A stretch of 64,000 nt of DNA from a virus. Positions 16,214-24,592 of the stretch are shown here, in pieces. A program made the position numbers and the translations under genes. Location of the stretch: the IMG/VR virus record IMGVR_UViG_3300043256_000135, positions 12,450 to 76,449 of that record; one strand, given 5' to 3'. The notes under the pieces are model-generated. The model worked only from the letters and a program-made list of their open reading frames with translations, was not told the origin of the DNA and searched no databases. Numbering within the stretch: the first letter of the stretch is position 1; every line of letters starts with the position of its first letter.

Positions 16214-17397
16214 CGTATGATCGCCAGATATTCTGACGCTCTTGTGCATGCGGTGTAGAGCCACGACCGCGCGTTCTGGCGGAAGCACGCGGACTCATCG
16301 AACACGATCACGGTGGGCCACGCCGAGCCCTGGGCCTTGTGGCACGTCAGGGTATATCCATACGTGAACTCCTGAATCTCACCCTTGCGGTCGTAGTGCT
16401 CCAGCTTCTCGCCCAGGAAAGGCGCGCAGTAGGCGTCGATGATCTGCGTCTCATCGTCGCCGTCGCGGCGGATCTCCAGCCCCAGAGTCTTGTTGTCCTG
16501 CAACACCGAGGCGTCGTTAGACGCGATGTATATCTCCCCGTTCAGCAAGCCTAGGTCGTGGTTGTTCCGCAGGCATACCAGCCGCTCACCCATCTCAGGC
16601 CAGGGGGTCGAATACCCGAGCAGCTCCCGCACCCGCTTGTTTGTCGCGTGTCGGGTCTTGTTGCGGCCGACGATGATCTGGTCGTAGGTCGGCACGTTCT
16701 CCGGGTTCAGCTCGCCCTTGCGTAGAACGGCCGCGTCGCCCAGGTTGCAGTACTCCAGCGGTTTGCCCTCGCGAATGTCGGTGGCGAGCCGCAGAATCCC
16801 TGATTCTCGCGCTTGGCGATGCACCTCGGTCAGCATGATATCGGGCTCGCCCTTCGTGAAGAAGCCGGCGCCGAACACCGGGGGCAGCTGGGCCGGGTCG
16901 CCCAGGACCAGAACGGGGGTGTTGAAGCTGAGCAGGTCGCGGCCCATCTCTTCGTTGACCATGCTGCACTCGTCGATGATGATCAGGTCAGCATAGCGCA
17001 CATCGGCGTCGGGATTCAGCTGGAAGTGCGGTTGCTTCATGCGCTGGACTTCTTGCTGGATCTGGATGCGGACCGAGGCCCGATGTTGATCGGTCTTCAC
17101 GTTCAACAGCAGATCCTGGAGATCCCGTAGCCGCTCGCCGGACTTCGATCGGCTCTCGTAGATCAGCCGGTGGATGGTCGTCGCCTCGCCGCAGCCCTTG
17201 TCGCGCATGACCGAGGCGGCCTTGCCCGTGAAGCTGCCGTACAGAACGTGGCCCAGGCCCTCGGCGAAGTGTTTGACCAGCGTCGTCTTTCCGGTGCCCG
17301 CATACCCTGCAAGGTAGAAAAACGGTTTATCCCCTTCAGATTTCATCCAGGTGGCGACAGCGTCCAGCGCGTCGGCTTGCTGTGGGGACCACTTCAC
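16210..17397 (-). CDS. Dda/RecD-like SF1B DNA helicase
   Basis: GYAGTGKT, TIHRLIY, DECSM, GDPAQLPP, HRQA, TCHKAQGS, YTACTRA. Confidence 0.92.
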   Translation of the reverse strand: MKWSPQQADALDAVATWMKSEGDKPFFYLAGYAGTGKTTLVKHFAEGLGHVLYGSFTGKAASVMRDKGCGEATTIHRLIYESRSKSGERLRDLQDLLLNVKTDQHRASVRIQIQQEVQRMKQPHFQLNPDADVRYADLIIIDECSMVNEEMGRDLLSFNTPVLVLGDPAQLPPVFGAGFFTKGEPDIMLTEVHRQARESGILRLATDIREGKPLEYCNLGDAAVLRKGELNPENVPTYDQIIVGRNKTRHATNKRVRELLGYSTPWPEMGERLVCLRNNHDLGLLNGEIYIASNDASVLQDNKTLGLEIRRDGDDETQIIDAYCAPFLGEKLEHYDRKGEIQEFTYGYTLTCHKAQGSAWPTVIVFDESACFRQNARSWLYTACTRASEYLAIIR

Positions 17398-17597
17398 GGC
17401 ATCTCCTCGACGGCCTCGACCAGAGCGTCCGTCAGCTTGTGGCAGGCATCGTCGATGCGGGTGATCCGGGACCGGGCGTTCATCTCGAATTCAGGGGTTA
17501 CGCTCTCGCAATCCAGCAGGGATGCCTCAACGTAGGACCGCTCCTTTTGGAGCACATCCAGGGCTTCGATCATGGAGTCTAGGTTCAGGTGTAACAT
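17394..17597 (-). CDS. Hypothetical protein
   Basis: 67 aa helical ORF overlapping the helicase start. Confidence 0.6.
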   Translation of the reverse strand: MLHLNLDSMIEALDVLQKERSYVEASLLDCESVTPEFEMNARSRITRIDDACHKLTDALVEAVEEMP

Positions 17598-17611
17598 GTG
17601 CGGGTCTCAGT

Positions 17612-17685
17612 TGGGGTGCTGCCGGGAATCGAACCCTGGTCTTCCGCGCCACAGGCGGACGTTCTACCACTGAACTAGCAGCACC
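17612..17685 (-). tRNA. tRNA-His (GTG)
   Basis: Acceptor GTGCTGC/GCAGCAC, G-1:C73 identity pair, encoded CCA, anticodon arm TCCGC-CTGTGGC-GCGGA, TTCGATT T-loop. Confidence 0.92.
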
Positions 17686-17699
17686 ATGAATTCTACCGG

Positions 17700-17790
17700 C
17701 ACCCCTCCGCCGCGGACTCAAACCGCGATTTCCCGACTCCACGCCGGGTGCCTTACCAGCTGGTCCAGTGCTTAGACGAACGGGTGGGTG
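17700..17790 (-). ncRNA. Non-canonical tRNA-like element
   Basis: D-stem GTCT/AGGC with 20-nt loop, CCCGGC/GTCGGG arm, T-arm CGCGG-TTTGAGT-CCGCG, extended acceptor, no CCA. Confidence 0.6.
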
Positions 17791-17813
17791 ATTTCGAATG
17801 CCGTTGCTTTCTC

Positions 17814-17975
17814 GGGTCCAGTCGGCCAAGTCTCCCGGGTGCGTCTTGCGAGTCCACCATTCTCTCACCCTCAAGGGGTGTCTGGCGTCGGATTGCTAGG
17901 GGCAACCCGACAAACCCTGGGCGTTTACGGCTTGAAGCATGTCCGTTGCAACAGACGGTTCACCACCGGATACCC
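17814..17975 (-). ncRNA. Putative multibranch structured RNA
   Basis: Intergenic; closing helix plus nested hairpins and a GCAA tetraloop (manual folding). Confidence 0.5.
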
Positions 17976-17980
17976 TAAGA

Positions 17981-18868
17981 TCAGAAAGCGCTGTCGCCGT
18001 CTTCGGCATCGCCACCGCCGTCGGTGGTCGCGGCCTTGTTCAGGTCGGCCTTCAGCTCGCCGCCCTCGATCATAGTCTTCAACTCACGGCCGGCGATGTA
18101 GCCAGCGTGTTCCGGGACCATGAGCGACTGCACGGCGTTGTTGTCGACCGCGAAAGTGATCGTGGGGTTGAACCACGAACCGCTGTCGTTCGACTCCTGG
18201 CCGGTGCCGATGATCACGCGGTGCGCGAACAGCGGCGGATTCCGCTTGCGGCCCGTGCCATCATCGACCATGCAGTAGCGTGCACGGCTGATGAACTTCT
18301 TCTTGTACACCGCGATCGAGGTGGACGAGAAGGGGATGACCACGACGCCCGAGGGGCTGTCGTTGTCCAGGATCACACCGTAGACGTAGTAAGTCTCGAC
18401 CAGATCGTTGCCGTCTGGCGAGTAGAACTCACCGTACTTCATCTTGCCGGCCTTCTTCCGGCTGTTCTCGCCCGCCTCAATGGCGCGGGCGTTCTCCGCG
18501 ATGGCTGCCTCAACCAGCTCAGTGCCGGGCTGGTGCAGGGACACGATGCCGCCGCCTTGGTTGCGGGGGCGCCACTCAACGAATACATGCTGCCGCAGAG
18601 CGGGCACGATCGTCACGTTCTCCAGCAGTTCGCCGGTGCCGGTGTTCAGGATCATACCGGCGACAGCGCCGTCGATCTTGCCGTTGGGGCCCTGGACTTC
18701 CGGGCTCTGTGCCTGAAGGATCTTTAGGAAGGGGATGCCGGCTTCGTCCCGGCCCACGTCGTCGAGGCCAGAACCGAAGTCCTCACCATAGTTGATGGCG
18801 GGTACGAGGGCACTGGCGTTCGGGTCTACAGTCACCACACTGGTGACTGACTTTTTCTTGGTAGCCAT
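17981..18868 (-). CDS. Putative ssDNA-binding/annealing protein
   Basis: IPFLKILQAQSPEV, VEWRPR..GGG; acidic tail ending in Phe; replication context. Confidence 0.65.
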   Translation of the reverse strand: MATKKKSVTSVVTVDPNASALVPAINYGEDFGSGLDDVGRDEAGIPFLKILQAQSPEVQGPNGKIDGAVAGMILNTGTGELLENVTIVPALRQHVFVEWRPRNQGGGIVSLHQPGTELVEAAIAENARAIEAGENSRKKAGKMKYGEFYSPDGNDLVETYYVYGVILDNDSPSGVVVIPFSSTSIAVYKKKFISRARYCMVDDGTGRKRNPPLFAHRVIIGTGQESNDSGSWFNPTITFAVDNNAVQSLMVPEHAGYIAGRELKTMIEGGELKADLNKAATTDGGGDAEDGDSAF

Positions 18869-18901
18869 GCGGATTGTCTCCAGAAGTTTGGGCCGGCTCT
18901 T

Positions 18902-19504
18902 TTAGGCGCCCGGCCGTTCAGCGCCATGGTCTCTAAGTATAGCACTCTCGGCGAGGATTGCACGTAGTTTTTCTTCCCCCGAGTTTTGAATCTGACGAAC
19001 ACGCTCTGGGGTGACAGCGAGAATGTCGCCTACCTGTCGCAGCGTCATAGGCAGAGTGTTTACACCTCTGCGCATGCGGATCACCATCGCCTCGCGACTT
19101 GGCAACAGCTTGATGCCGTCGCGCACGGCATCAACCATCTCAGCTTCATCCAGTACTTCCGACACGTCGGGCGCCGAGTCCGCGAGGTCGTAGGCGGTCT
19201 CCAGCGAACCACAGATGAGGGAAGGCCGCCGCCGCGGCGTTCGCACGATCTCATTCCTGGTGTGAATGGCGTCCATGATTATCTTCAAGATGTGCCAGCG
19301 GGCGTAGGTCGAAAACTTCGTGCCTCGCGCAGGGTCATACAGCTCGGCCGCGTCTATCAAACCGAGGTAGGCTTCCTGCACCAGATCCTTGTATTCCATT
19401 CGACTGGCCTGGAAATGATTGGCGAAGTGCGTCGCAAGACCCATGTTGGCAAGTACGAGTTCATTGCGCTTCTTCTGTAGGGGGGTCAGCTTTCTCTTTT
19501 TCAT
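18902..19504 (-). CDS. Phage-encoded sigma-70 family sigma factor
   Basis: Region 2 DLVQEAYLGLIDAAELYDPARGTKFSTYARWHI; region 4 TLRQVGDILAVTPERVRQIQ. Confidence 0.92.
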   Translation of the reverse strand: MKKRKLTPLQKKRNELVLANMGLATHFANHFQASRMEYKDLVQEAYLGLIDAAELYDPARGTKFSTYARWHILKIIMDAIHTRNEIVRTPRRRPSLICGSLETAYDLADSAPDVSEVLDEAEMVDAVRDGIKLLPSREAMVIRMRRGVNTLPMTLRQVGDILAVTPERVRQIQNSGEEKLRAILAESAILRDHGAERPGA

Positions 19505-20240
19505 TGGGGGTCACAGCCTGAAACATAGTCACCGCTCGGGCGCGGTGGTTGGTGGAGCGCAGGAGCAAGATAGTACCCCATGTCTTCCAATCGGTTTTGC
19601 GGTGCATTGGCCACACCACGTCTAGATAGACGAGGTTAGCGCCGGGCGCGGCCACGCGGCGCAGGGCGCGCATGATCTTCCCGCGGTTGGGCGGCGGGCA
19701 GTCATACTTCTTGGCATCCTCCGCACTGTAGGGCGGATCCGCGAGCACGAGATCGAAGCGGCCCTCCCACTCCTCGGGCATGGCGAGCACGTCGCCCTGC
19801 CACGTCGGGTATCGGCCCTGGTCGGGGCCGTGCGTGTCGACGAGTTCCATGAGCACACCGATCTCTCCCGCAGCCATGTGAGTCGGTGCCCGGCCGGTCG
19901 ACTCCTCGATCACATCGAACACCTTCACCATGTTGTCCCAGCCGGCCACCTCCATGGCATTGCGCAGCGTCAGCCCACCCGAGAACACGTGCAAGATCCG
20001 CCGCGCGTCCGGGAACATGACGTGGATTCGTTCCAGGTAGCCGTGCGGATAGGCGCCATAAAGGTCGTTCGGATTCTTGTAGCACGCGCCGATCATCCAG
20101 GCGCCAGTGACCATGGGATTTTTCCCGCCGTAGGACAGCGGCGGCCGGTCGGGAAACTTCCGATTGTAGGCGTGGCACGCCAGCTCGTGCCGGCCAAGCT
20201 GCGGTTTGCCGCCGATCCAGACTTGGTGGATGTCGGTCAT
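19461..20240 (-). CDS. Putative amino-methyltransferase (DPPY)
   Basis: GAYP, LHVFSGG (motif I-like) then FDLVLADPPY. Confidence 0.7.
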   Translation of the reverse strand: MTDIHQVWIGGKPQLGRHELACHAYNRKFPDRPPLSYGGKNPMVTGAWMIGACYKNPNDLYGAYPHGYLERIHVMFPDARRILHVFSGGLTLRNAMEVAGWDNMVKVFDVIEESTGRAPTHMAAGEIGVLMELVDTHGPDQGRYPTWQGDVLAMPEEWEGRFDLVLADPPYSAEDAKKYDCPPPNRGKIMRALRRVAAPGANLVYLDVVWPMHRKTDWKTWGTILLLRSTNHRARAVTMFQAVTPNEKEKADPPTEEAQ

Positions 20241-20271
20241 TTCTTCGCTGCCTCTTCTTCAGTAAGGAACG

Positions 20272-20481
20272 TCATGCTCGCCACTCTCGACCAAACTCTT
20301 CGACAAACCACGCCACCAGCATAACAGCCACGCCACATAGGGCACCATCATGATGTATGAGAGTAGCTCCGAAACCGGTTATAGCAGCGCACACCAGGCC
20401 CGTAAAAGGCTTTCTCGTTCTCAAAAATCCTATGCCGAGACCGACCCCAAGGAACGCCAGAATTGCAGCTACAATGATCAT
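20272..20481 (-). CDS. Small membrane protein
   Basis: MIIVAAILAFLGVGLGIG...; three hydrophobic segments. Confidence 0.6.
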   Translation of the reverse strand: MIIVAAILAFLGVGLGIGFLRTRKPFTGLVCAAITGFGATLIHHDGALCGVAVMLVAWFVEEFGREWRA

Positions 20482-20482
20482 G

Positions 20483-20734
20483 TCATCCACCCATTGCCGA
20501 CAGTCCACAGCCGGGACACCCATCGGTGCCCGGGACGCCCCATCCTCCACACTCGCACGGCCCCGTTGGCCGCCATGGATACCGCGCCTTCTTGACATCG
20601 GCCGCCTGATCCACCAGCATCTCGCACAGCACCCGCAGCGCACTCACCTGGGAGCCGTACTTGGCGGTCTTGAGGCCGGCGATCTTTGCCCGATAGTAGC
20701 CATCGGGCGTCCTGATGATCTTGGGGAGGGTCAC
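20483..20734 (-). CDS. Hypothetical protein with zinc finger
   Basis: CECGG...CPGCG. Confidence 0.6.
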   Translation of the reverse strand: MTLPKIIRTPDGYYRAKIAGLKTAKYGSQVSALRVLCEMLVDQAADVKKARYPWRPTGPCECGGWGVPGTDGCPGCGLSAMGG

Positions 20735-21246
20735 TTCTTCGCGGTCACCTTCGCCACACGGCGCTGGTAGCCCTTCAGGAGTTTGATGGGAACGTCGATG
20801 CCTTCCTTCAGCATGGACTTGATCGCCGCCTTGTTGCTGCTCTGGTGCACCTCCATCGACTTGACCGAGAGGATGCCATTCCCAGACAGTTCCTCGACCA
20901 GCTCGTCCGCGTCGGCTTCCGACCCAGCGGTGAAAGGAACAGAGACCAGCGTCTTGATCAGGCCACCCTGATCATTCTCACGCAGCCACTTCAGGGCATC
21001 CGGGTTGGCCTGCGTCAGCTTCCCAGCGGACAGCTTGTCTTCTACCTCAACGCTCACGCCGGACTTCGTCTTGAAGGCGGTCAGCTCCAGCTCGTCCATC
21101 AGCTCGGGAATCTGGAACTCGGACAGGTTCTGCACCTTCTTCTGAGCGGCCCGGAGTTGGGCCTCTATGATTGACACCTCTGTCTCGGCGTCGAACATGG
21201 CGTCAGCGAGTTGGGAAAGTCGGGTCAATCCATCAGTGTCAGTCAT
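20731..21246 (-). CDS. Conserved phage replication-module protein
   Basis: Coiled coil, IPELM, ALKWLREN..GGLIK, VHQS pattern typical of PolA/SNF2 phage modules. Confidence 0.75.
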   Translation of the reverse strand: MTDTDGLTRLSQLADAMFDAETEVSIIEAQLRAAQKKVQNLSEFQIPELMDELELTAFKTKSGVSVEVEDKLSAGKLTQANPDALKWLRENDQGGLIKTLVSVPFTAGSEADADELVEELSGNGILSVKSMEVHQSSNKAAIKSMLKEGIDVPIKLLKGYQRRVAKVTAKK

Positions 21247-21403
21247 TTTGTCGCTCCATGGTGATCTCCACCACATCGTCTTGGGAAATGCCAAGAGAGT
21301 CAATCTTCCGCATGAGCGGGATGAAGGCTTCACCCAGGGTCTCAACAGTGATGTTGAACTCGTAGACGTCGTCCACGGTCTCGATTGTTACGTGCCATTT
21401 CAT
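21239..21403 (-). CDS. Small hypothetical protein (54 aa)
   Basis: MKWHVTIETVDD...; GAGG RBS; fills the gap between neighbours. Confidence 0.55.
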   Translation of the reverse strand: MKWHVTIETVDDVYEFNITVETLGEAFIPLMRKIDSLGISQDDVVEITMERQND

Positions 21404-21405
21404 AT

Positions 21406-21660
21406 CTAGAGGTCCTCTTGCTCAAACACGCTCCGGTTATTCGCAGCACATTCATCTCTGTACCTCTTCAATTTCCGAAATACGCCAGCAATCTGCCTCA
21501 CCGCGTCACGCAACGACCACTCGCAAGCCACAATCTTCAGATTGACTGGGTTGCCTTTGACGGTTTCGGCATGAATGATTATGGACGCCTTTCCCGGTTC
21601 GTAGTTACAGACGCGGATATCAAAGCCGTTGGCATTGAAGTTTCGTGTGGGAGTGTTCAT
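21406..21660 (-). CDS. Hypothetical protein
   Basis: MNTPTRNF...; directly behind a promoter motif. Confidence 0.65.
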   Translation of the reverse strand: MNTPTRNFNANGFDIRVCNYEPGKASIIIHAETVKGNPVNLKIVACEWSLRDAVRQIAGVFRKLKRYRDECAANNRSVFEQEDL

Positions 21661-21665
21661 AGGAC

Positions 21666-21677
21666 AGTATACCACAC
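21666..21677 (-). promoter_or_regulatory. Extended -10 promoter motif GTGTGGTATACT
   Basis: 5 nt before ATG. Confidence 0.7.
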
Positions 21678-21738
21678 GCTGGCACCCTTGCGGAGATTTT
21701 CTTTGGCCCACAGGGGCTGGAGGTTCGTGCGTGCCATG

Positions 21739-23223
21739 CTATACCCACTCCCGGATGGAATCGCCCAAAATCAGAGCTGCTAGATCCACCTTGTCCCGCA
21801 GGGCCCGTAAGATGGTCCGGTCAAGAGTCCCGCGTGCGATAATATCTATGTAGAGCACAGACTTGTCCTGCCCGATGCGGTGGGCGCGGTCTTCGCTCTG
21901 GAGCCGGTCGGAGAGCCGGAAACTGTTGTTGTAGTACACGACCGTCTTTCCCATATGCAAAGTCAAACCTTCACCAGCGGCTGCTGGGTTAGCCACGAAG
22001 AACTGCGCGGTACCATCCTTGAACGCGGCGCGGCGCACCTCGCGGTCGTCTTGGGAGGTCCGGCCGTCGTAGACGACACAAGTCTTTCCCTTCGCGAGCA
22101 GTGCGGCCTCGATCAGGTCGATGTCCTTTTGGAACTTCGCAAAAATGATGGCTTGGTGGGGGATGTCTTCGATCGTATCCATCAGGCACAGCAGTCGCGG
22201 GTTCGGCATGATCTCGATCATGTCGCCGCCGTCCGTTGGCAAGTACCCGGAGGCAATCTGCTGGAGCCTCAGTAGCCTAGTTATTGCAAGAGCGGCCGTG
22301 ACCATGTCGTCATCTGCCAACCAAATTACAAACTCCCTTTTGAGTTCTTCGTAGAGCCGCTTCTGCTCTGGGCTCATGTCGAACGTGCGCTTCTCGTACA
22401 GCTTCGGCGGCAAATCGAGCACGTCCTCTTTCAGTAGGCGATCACCCATCTTGTCCACGATCGCGTGCAGAGACGCAAGGTTCTGGTACCCGGTCAGCGT
22501 CTGAAACCGTTGACCGTTATCGTTGCGGACGTACTCCTCGAATACCCCATACAGTGCTTTGAACGCGGGGAAGCTGCCGCAGCCCATGCGCTTCCAGACG
22601 TCCTCATCCAGAAACATCAGCTGCGAATAGAGATCAAAGGGTCCCTGCGTGATTGGGGTCCCCGTCAGGATGCGGCGATAGGGGGCATACTTGCTTGCGG
22701 CCAACACGCGCTTGGTGCGCTTCGCCGAGGGCGTCTTGATTCTTGCGCTTTCATCGAGAACAAACATGCACCGGCGATCGGTCAGCAGGAACTTGGAAGC
22801 CTCTTTTCCCTTCATCAGGCCACGCTTCGCACCCTTCGTACGAGAAGTCATAATTGAGTCGTACGACATTATCAGGACTGCCAACATGCTCGGGGGCGTC
22901 GACAGGAATTCCTTCAGTTCCTTCTGGAAGCCGATGGTTTTCGCTTTGCTGGTATTCCACAGGAACACCTGCACGCGCTTCGGGTCCACGCCGAAGTGCA
23001 GCGGCAATTCATCAAAGACCCAGTTGGGCGCGACCGCCTTGGGAGCCAGCACCAGCGCACCGTTGATTTCGCCCGACTCGTACAGGTGACCAATGATATC
23101 GATGGTGGGCTTCGTCTTCCCCGTCCCCTGTTCCCAGAAGATCGCACGAGCCCGCAGGTCGCGGGTGCGCTCATACAGCTCGGCCTGATGTTCGAACGAA
23201 GTCGTCTTTTGGGTGTAGGTCAT
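21739..23223 (-). CDS. SNF2-family helicase
   Basis: EQGTGKT, LDES, LTGTP, LLRLQQI, GEGLTL, QSEDRAHRIGQ. Confidence 0.93.
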   Translation of the reverse strand: MTYTQKTTSFEHQAELYERTRDLRARAIFWEQGTGKTKPTIDIIGHLYESGEINGALVLAPKAVAPNWVFDELPLHFGVDPKRVQVFLWNTSKAKTIGFQKELKEFLSTPPSMLAVLIMSYDSIMTSRTKGAKRGLMKGKEASKFLLTDRRCMFVLDESARIKTPSAKRTKRVLAASKYAPYRRILTGTPITQGPFDLYSQLMFLDEDVWKRMGCGSFPAFKALYGVFEEYVRNDNGQRFQTLTGYQNLASLHAIVDKMGDRLLKEDVLDLPPKLYEKRTFDMSPEQKRLYEELKREFVIWLADDDMVTAALAITRLLRLQQIASGYLPTDGGDMIEIMPNPRLLCLMDTIEDIPHQAIIFAKFQKDIDLIEAALLAKGKTCVVYDGRTSQDDREVRRAAFKDGTAQFFVANPAAAGEGLTLHMGKTVVYYNNSFRLSDRLQSEDRAHRIGQDKSVLYIDIIARGTLDRTILRALRDKVDLAALILGDSIREWV

Positions 23224-23332
23224 GGGGTGCGGGAATAATGTGCCGGCCCCGGGAGAGAACACTCTCCCGGACCGGCGTTGCCAGCTACGGGTTGGCAACA
23301 GAGCAACCAAACGGAGGATTCTTCACCACACC

Positions 23333-23344
23333 ATTCTACCACAC
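23333..23344 (-). promoter_or_regulatory. Extended -10 promoter motif GTGTGGTAGAAT
   Basis: Upstream of the SNF2 gene. Confidence 0.6.
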
Positions 23345-23389
23345 ATGGAGCCCGGAGGTCGAGAAAACTTCGGCGCTGATGCCCACGGG

Positions 23390-23665
23390 GGATGGTGTAC
23401 ACGGGTGTACACCATTGCACCGCTGCACTGGTGTACACCAAAACACCCAATTAGAGCCCACTGGTGGGCGAGTACACGATGTACACCGTTGTACACTATC
23501 TCTAGAGAGGGTACAGGGAAAGTACAGAAAGGACGTGTAGAACGCACGTTTCCCGGGCAACCCGCAATCCACCCGTGTACATGGTGTACACCCGTGCCAC
23601 CCTTATCCCACAAGGACTTACGACGCCACTATTGCAGCCATGCAATAGTGGCACCCGTGTACAGA
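23390..23665. repeat. GTAC-rich palindromic locus A (origin-like)
   Basis: About 11 GTAC sites; inverted repeats at 23392-23415 and 23625-23652. Confidence 0.75.
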
Positions 23666-23746
23666 TAGGGCTGGATGTTTCCCGATCGGGAACTTTTGGG
23701 CCGGATCGGCCACACGGCGGCCGATCCTTCCCGGACGGGAAAGCCC

Positions 23747-24031
23747 TCAGACTTCTGGGGTGCCTAGGAGCCCCGCTACGGCCTTCACCAATAGAAGGGC
23801 CACTGGGACCATCAGGCCATAGAAGAGCCGCCTCACGCCAGCCGCGGCCTGTTCCAGGCGATCCAGGCGGACATTGTGTCCCTTGATCCCATTGCCATCG
23901 CCGACTAGGATCGATTGGACCTTTTTTGCCCGGGCGTCCAAGGTGTCGATCTTCTCGTCCAGGCCCTTCAGGACGACCAGGGTCTCGGCCTGAGTCACCT
24001 CGATTTCGCGCAGTCTTTCGTCGATTTCCAC
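23747..24031 (-). CDS. Coiled-coil plus single-TM protein (XhlA/holin-like)
   Basis: N-terminal coiled coil, C-terminal hydrophobic helix; lies at the end of the virion module. Confidence 0.6.
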   Translation of the reverse strand: MEIDERLREIEVTQAETLVVLKGLDEKIDTLDARAKKVQSILVGDGNGIKGHNVRLDRLEQAAAGVRRLFYGLMVPVALLLVKAVAGLLGTPEV

Positions 24032-24036
24032 ACCAG

Positions 24037-24059
24037 AGTATAGGCCAACGTGGTATACT
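24037..24059. promoter_or_regulatory. Back-to-back divergent -10 boxes
   Basis: TATACT on minus (24037-24042) and ACGTGGTATACT on plus (24048-24059), each 5 nt from a start codon. Confidence 0.6.
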
Positions 24060-24064
24060 CGTCC

Positions 24065-24196
24065 ATGAAGAACAATTTCACGCTGTTTGCCAAGATGGGG
24101 GTCCTAACCATCGGGGTTATTGTCCTGAACATAGTTGCTCTGCTGGCGGTGGTTGCTGGCGCCCTGTGGCTGCTCCAGGAATTCGGTGTACTGTGA
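24065..24196 (+). CDS. Small single-TM protein (43 aa)
   Basis: MKNNFTLFAKMGVLTIGVIVLNIVALLAVVAGALWLLQEFGVL. Confidence 0.6.
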   Translation: MKNNFTLFAKMGVLTIGVIVLNIVALLAVVAGALWLLQEFGVL

Positions 24197-24411
24197 AAAC
24201 CATAGATGCAATTTGTCAGCGCGTCATACGTGAGTGCCAGAAGATAGAGGCAATGGCAACAGGGCGCGATACCTTCTGGATCCAGAGCCAACACAACGGT
24301 GCAGAAATCCAAGTCTGCGACATTGTGGCGAAGCGCGCCCTGTCCCAGGATCGCCAGAAAGAGCTGGTGAACTGGTGGCTGGAAAACGTGACGTCGCTTC
24401 TACTTCCCTAG
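24193..24411 (+). CDS. Hypothetical protein
   Basis: GTGA overlap; MKTIDAICQRV... Confidence 0.6.
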   Translation: MKTIDAICQRVIRECQKIEAMATGRDTFWIQSQHNGAEIQVCDIVAKRALSQDRQKELVNWWLENVTSLLLP

Positions 24412-24420
24412 GCGCTGAAC

Positions 24421-24585
24421 ATGTGGACTACACATATATTCGACCTAGGAAGATGGGTGTCCATACGTACTGGAAAGCACCAACAGCCATGGACCTACGG
24501 TAGCCGAGAAGCGGCCTTAGAGGCCATCAACGACTACAGAAAGAAGTGGCCGATGGTACACCTACGGCTGCGAATCACACACTGA
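24421..24585 (+). CDS. Small hypothetical protein (54 aa)
   Basis: MWTTHIFDLGRW... Confidence 0.55.
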   Translation: MWTTHIFDLGRWVSIRTGKHQQPWTYGSREAALEAINDYRKKWPMVHLRLRITH

Positions 24586-24592
24586 GGACAGC

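Noticed and set aside
17700-17790. Functional tRNA-Pro(TGG)
   Set aside because: No U33, altered T-loop, mismatched acceptor stem, no CCA; reported as a tRNA-like element instead.
17814-17975. Hammerhead ribozyme or tmRNA
   Set aside because: No CTGANGA/GAAA core and no tmRNA acceptor end or tag frame recognised.
23390-23665. CRISPR array in the GTAC-rich loci or the 60-nt repeats
   Set aside because: No constant repeat with unique, regularly sized spacers; no cas genes; the 60-nt repeats are coding.
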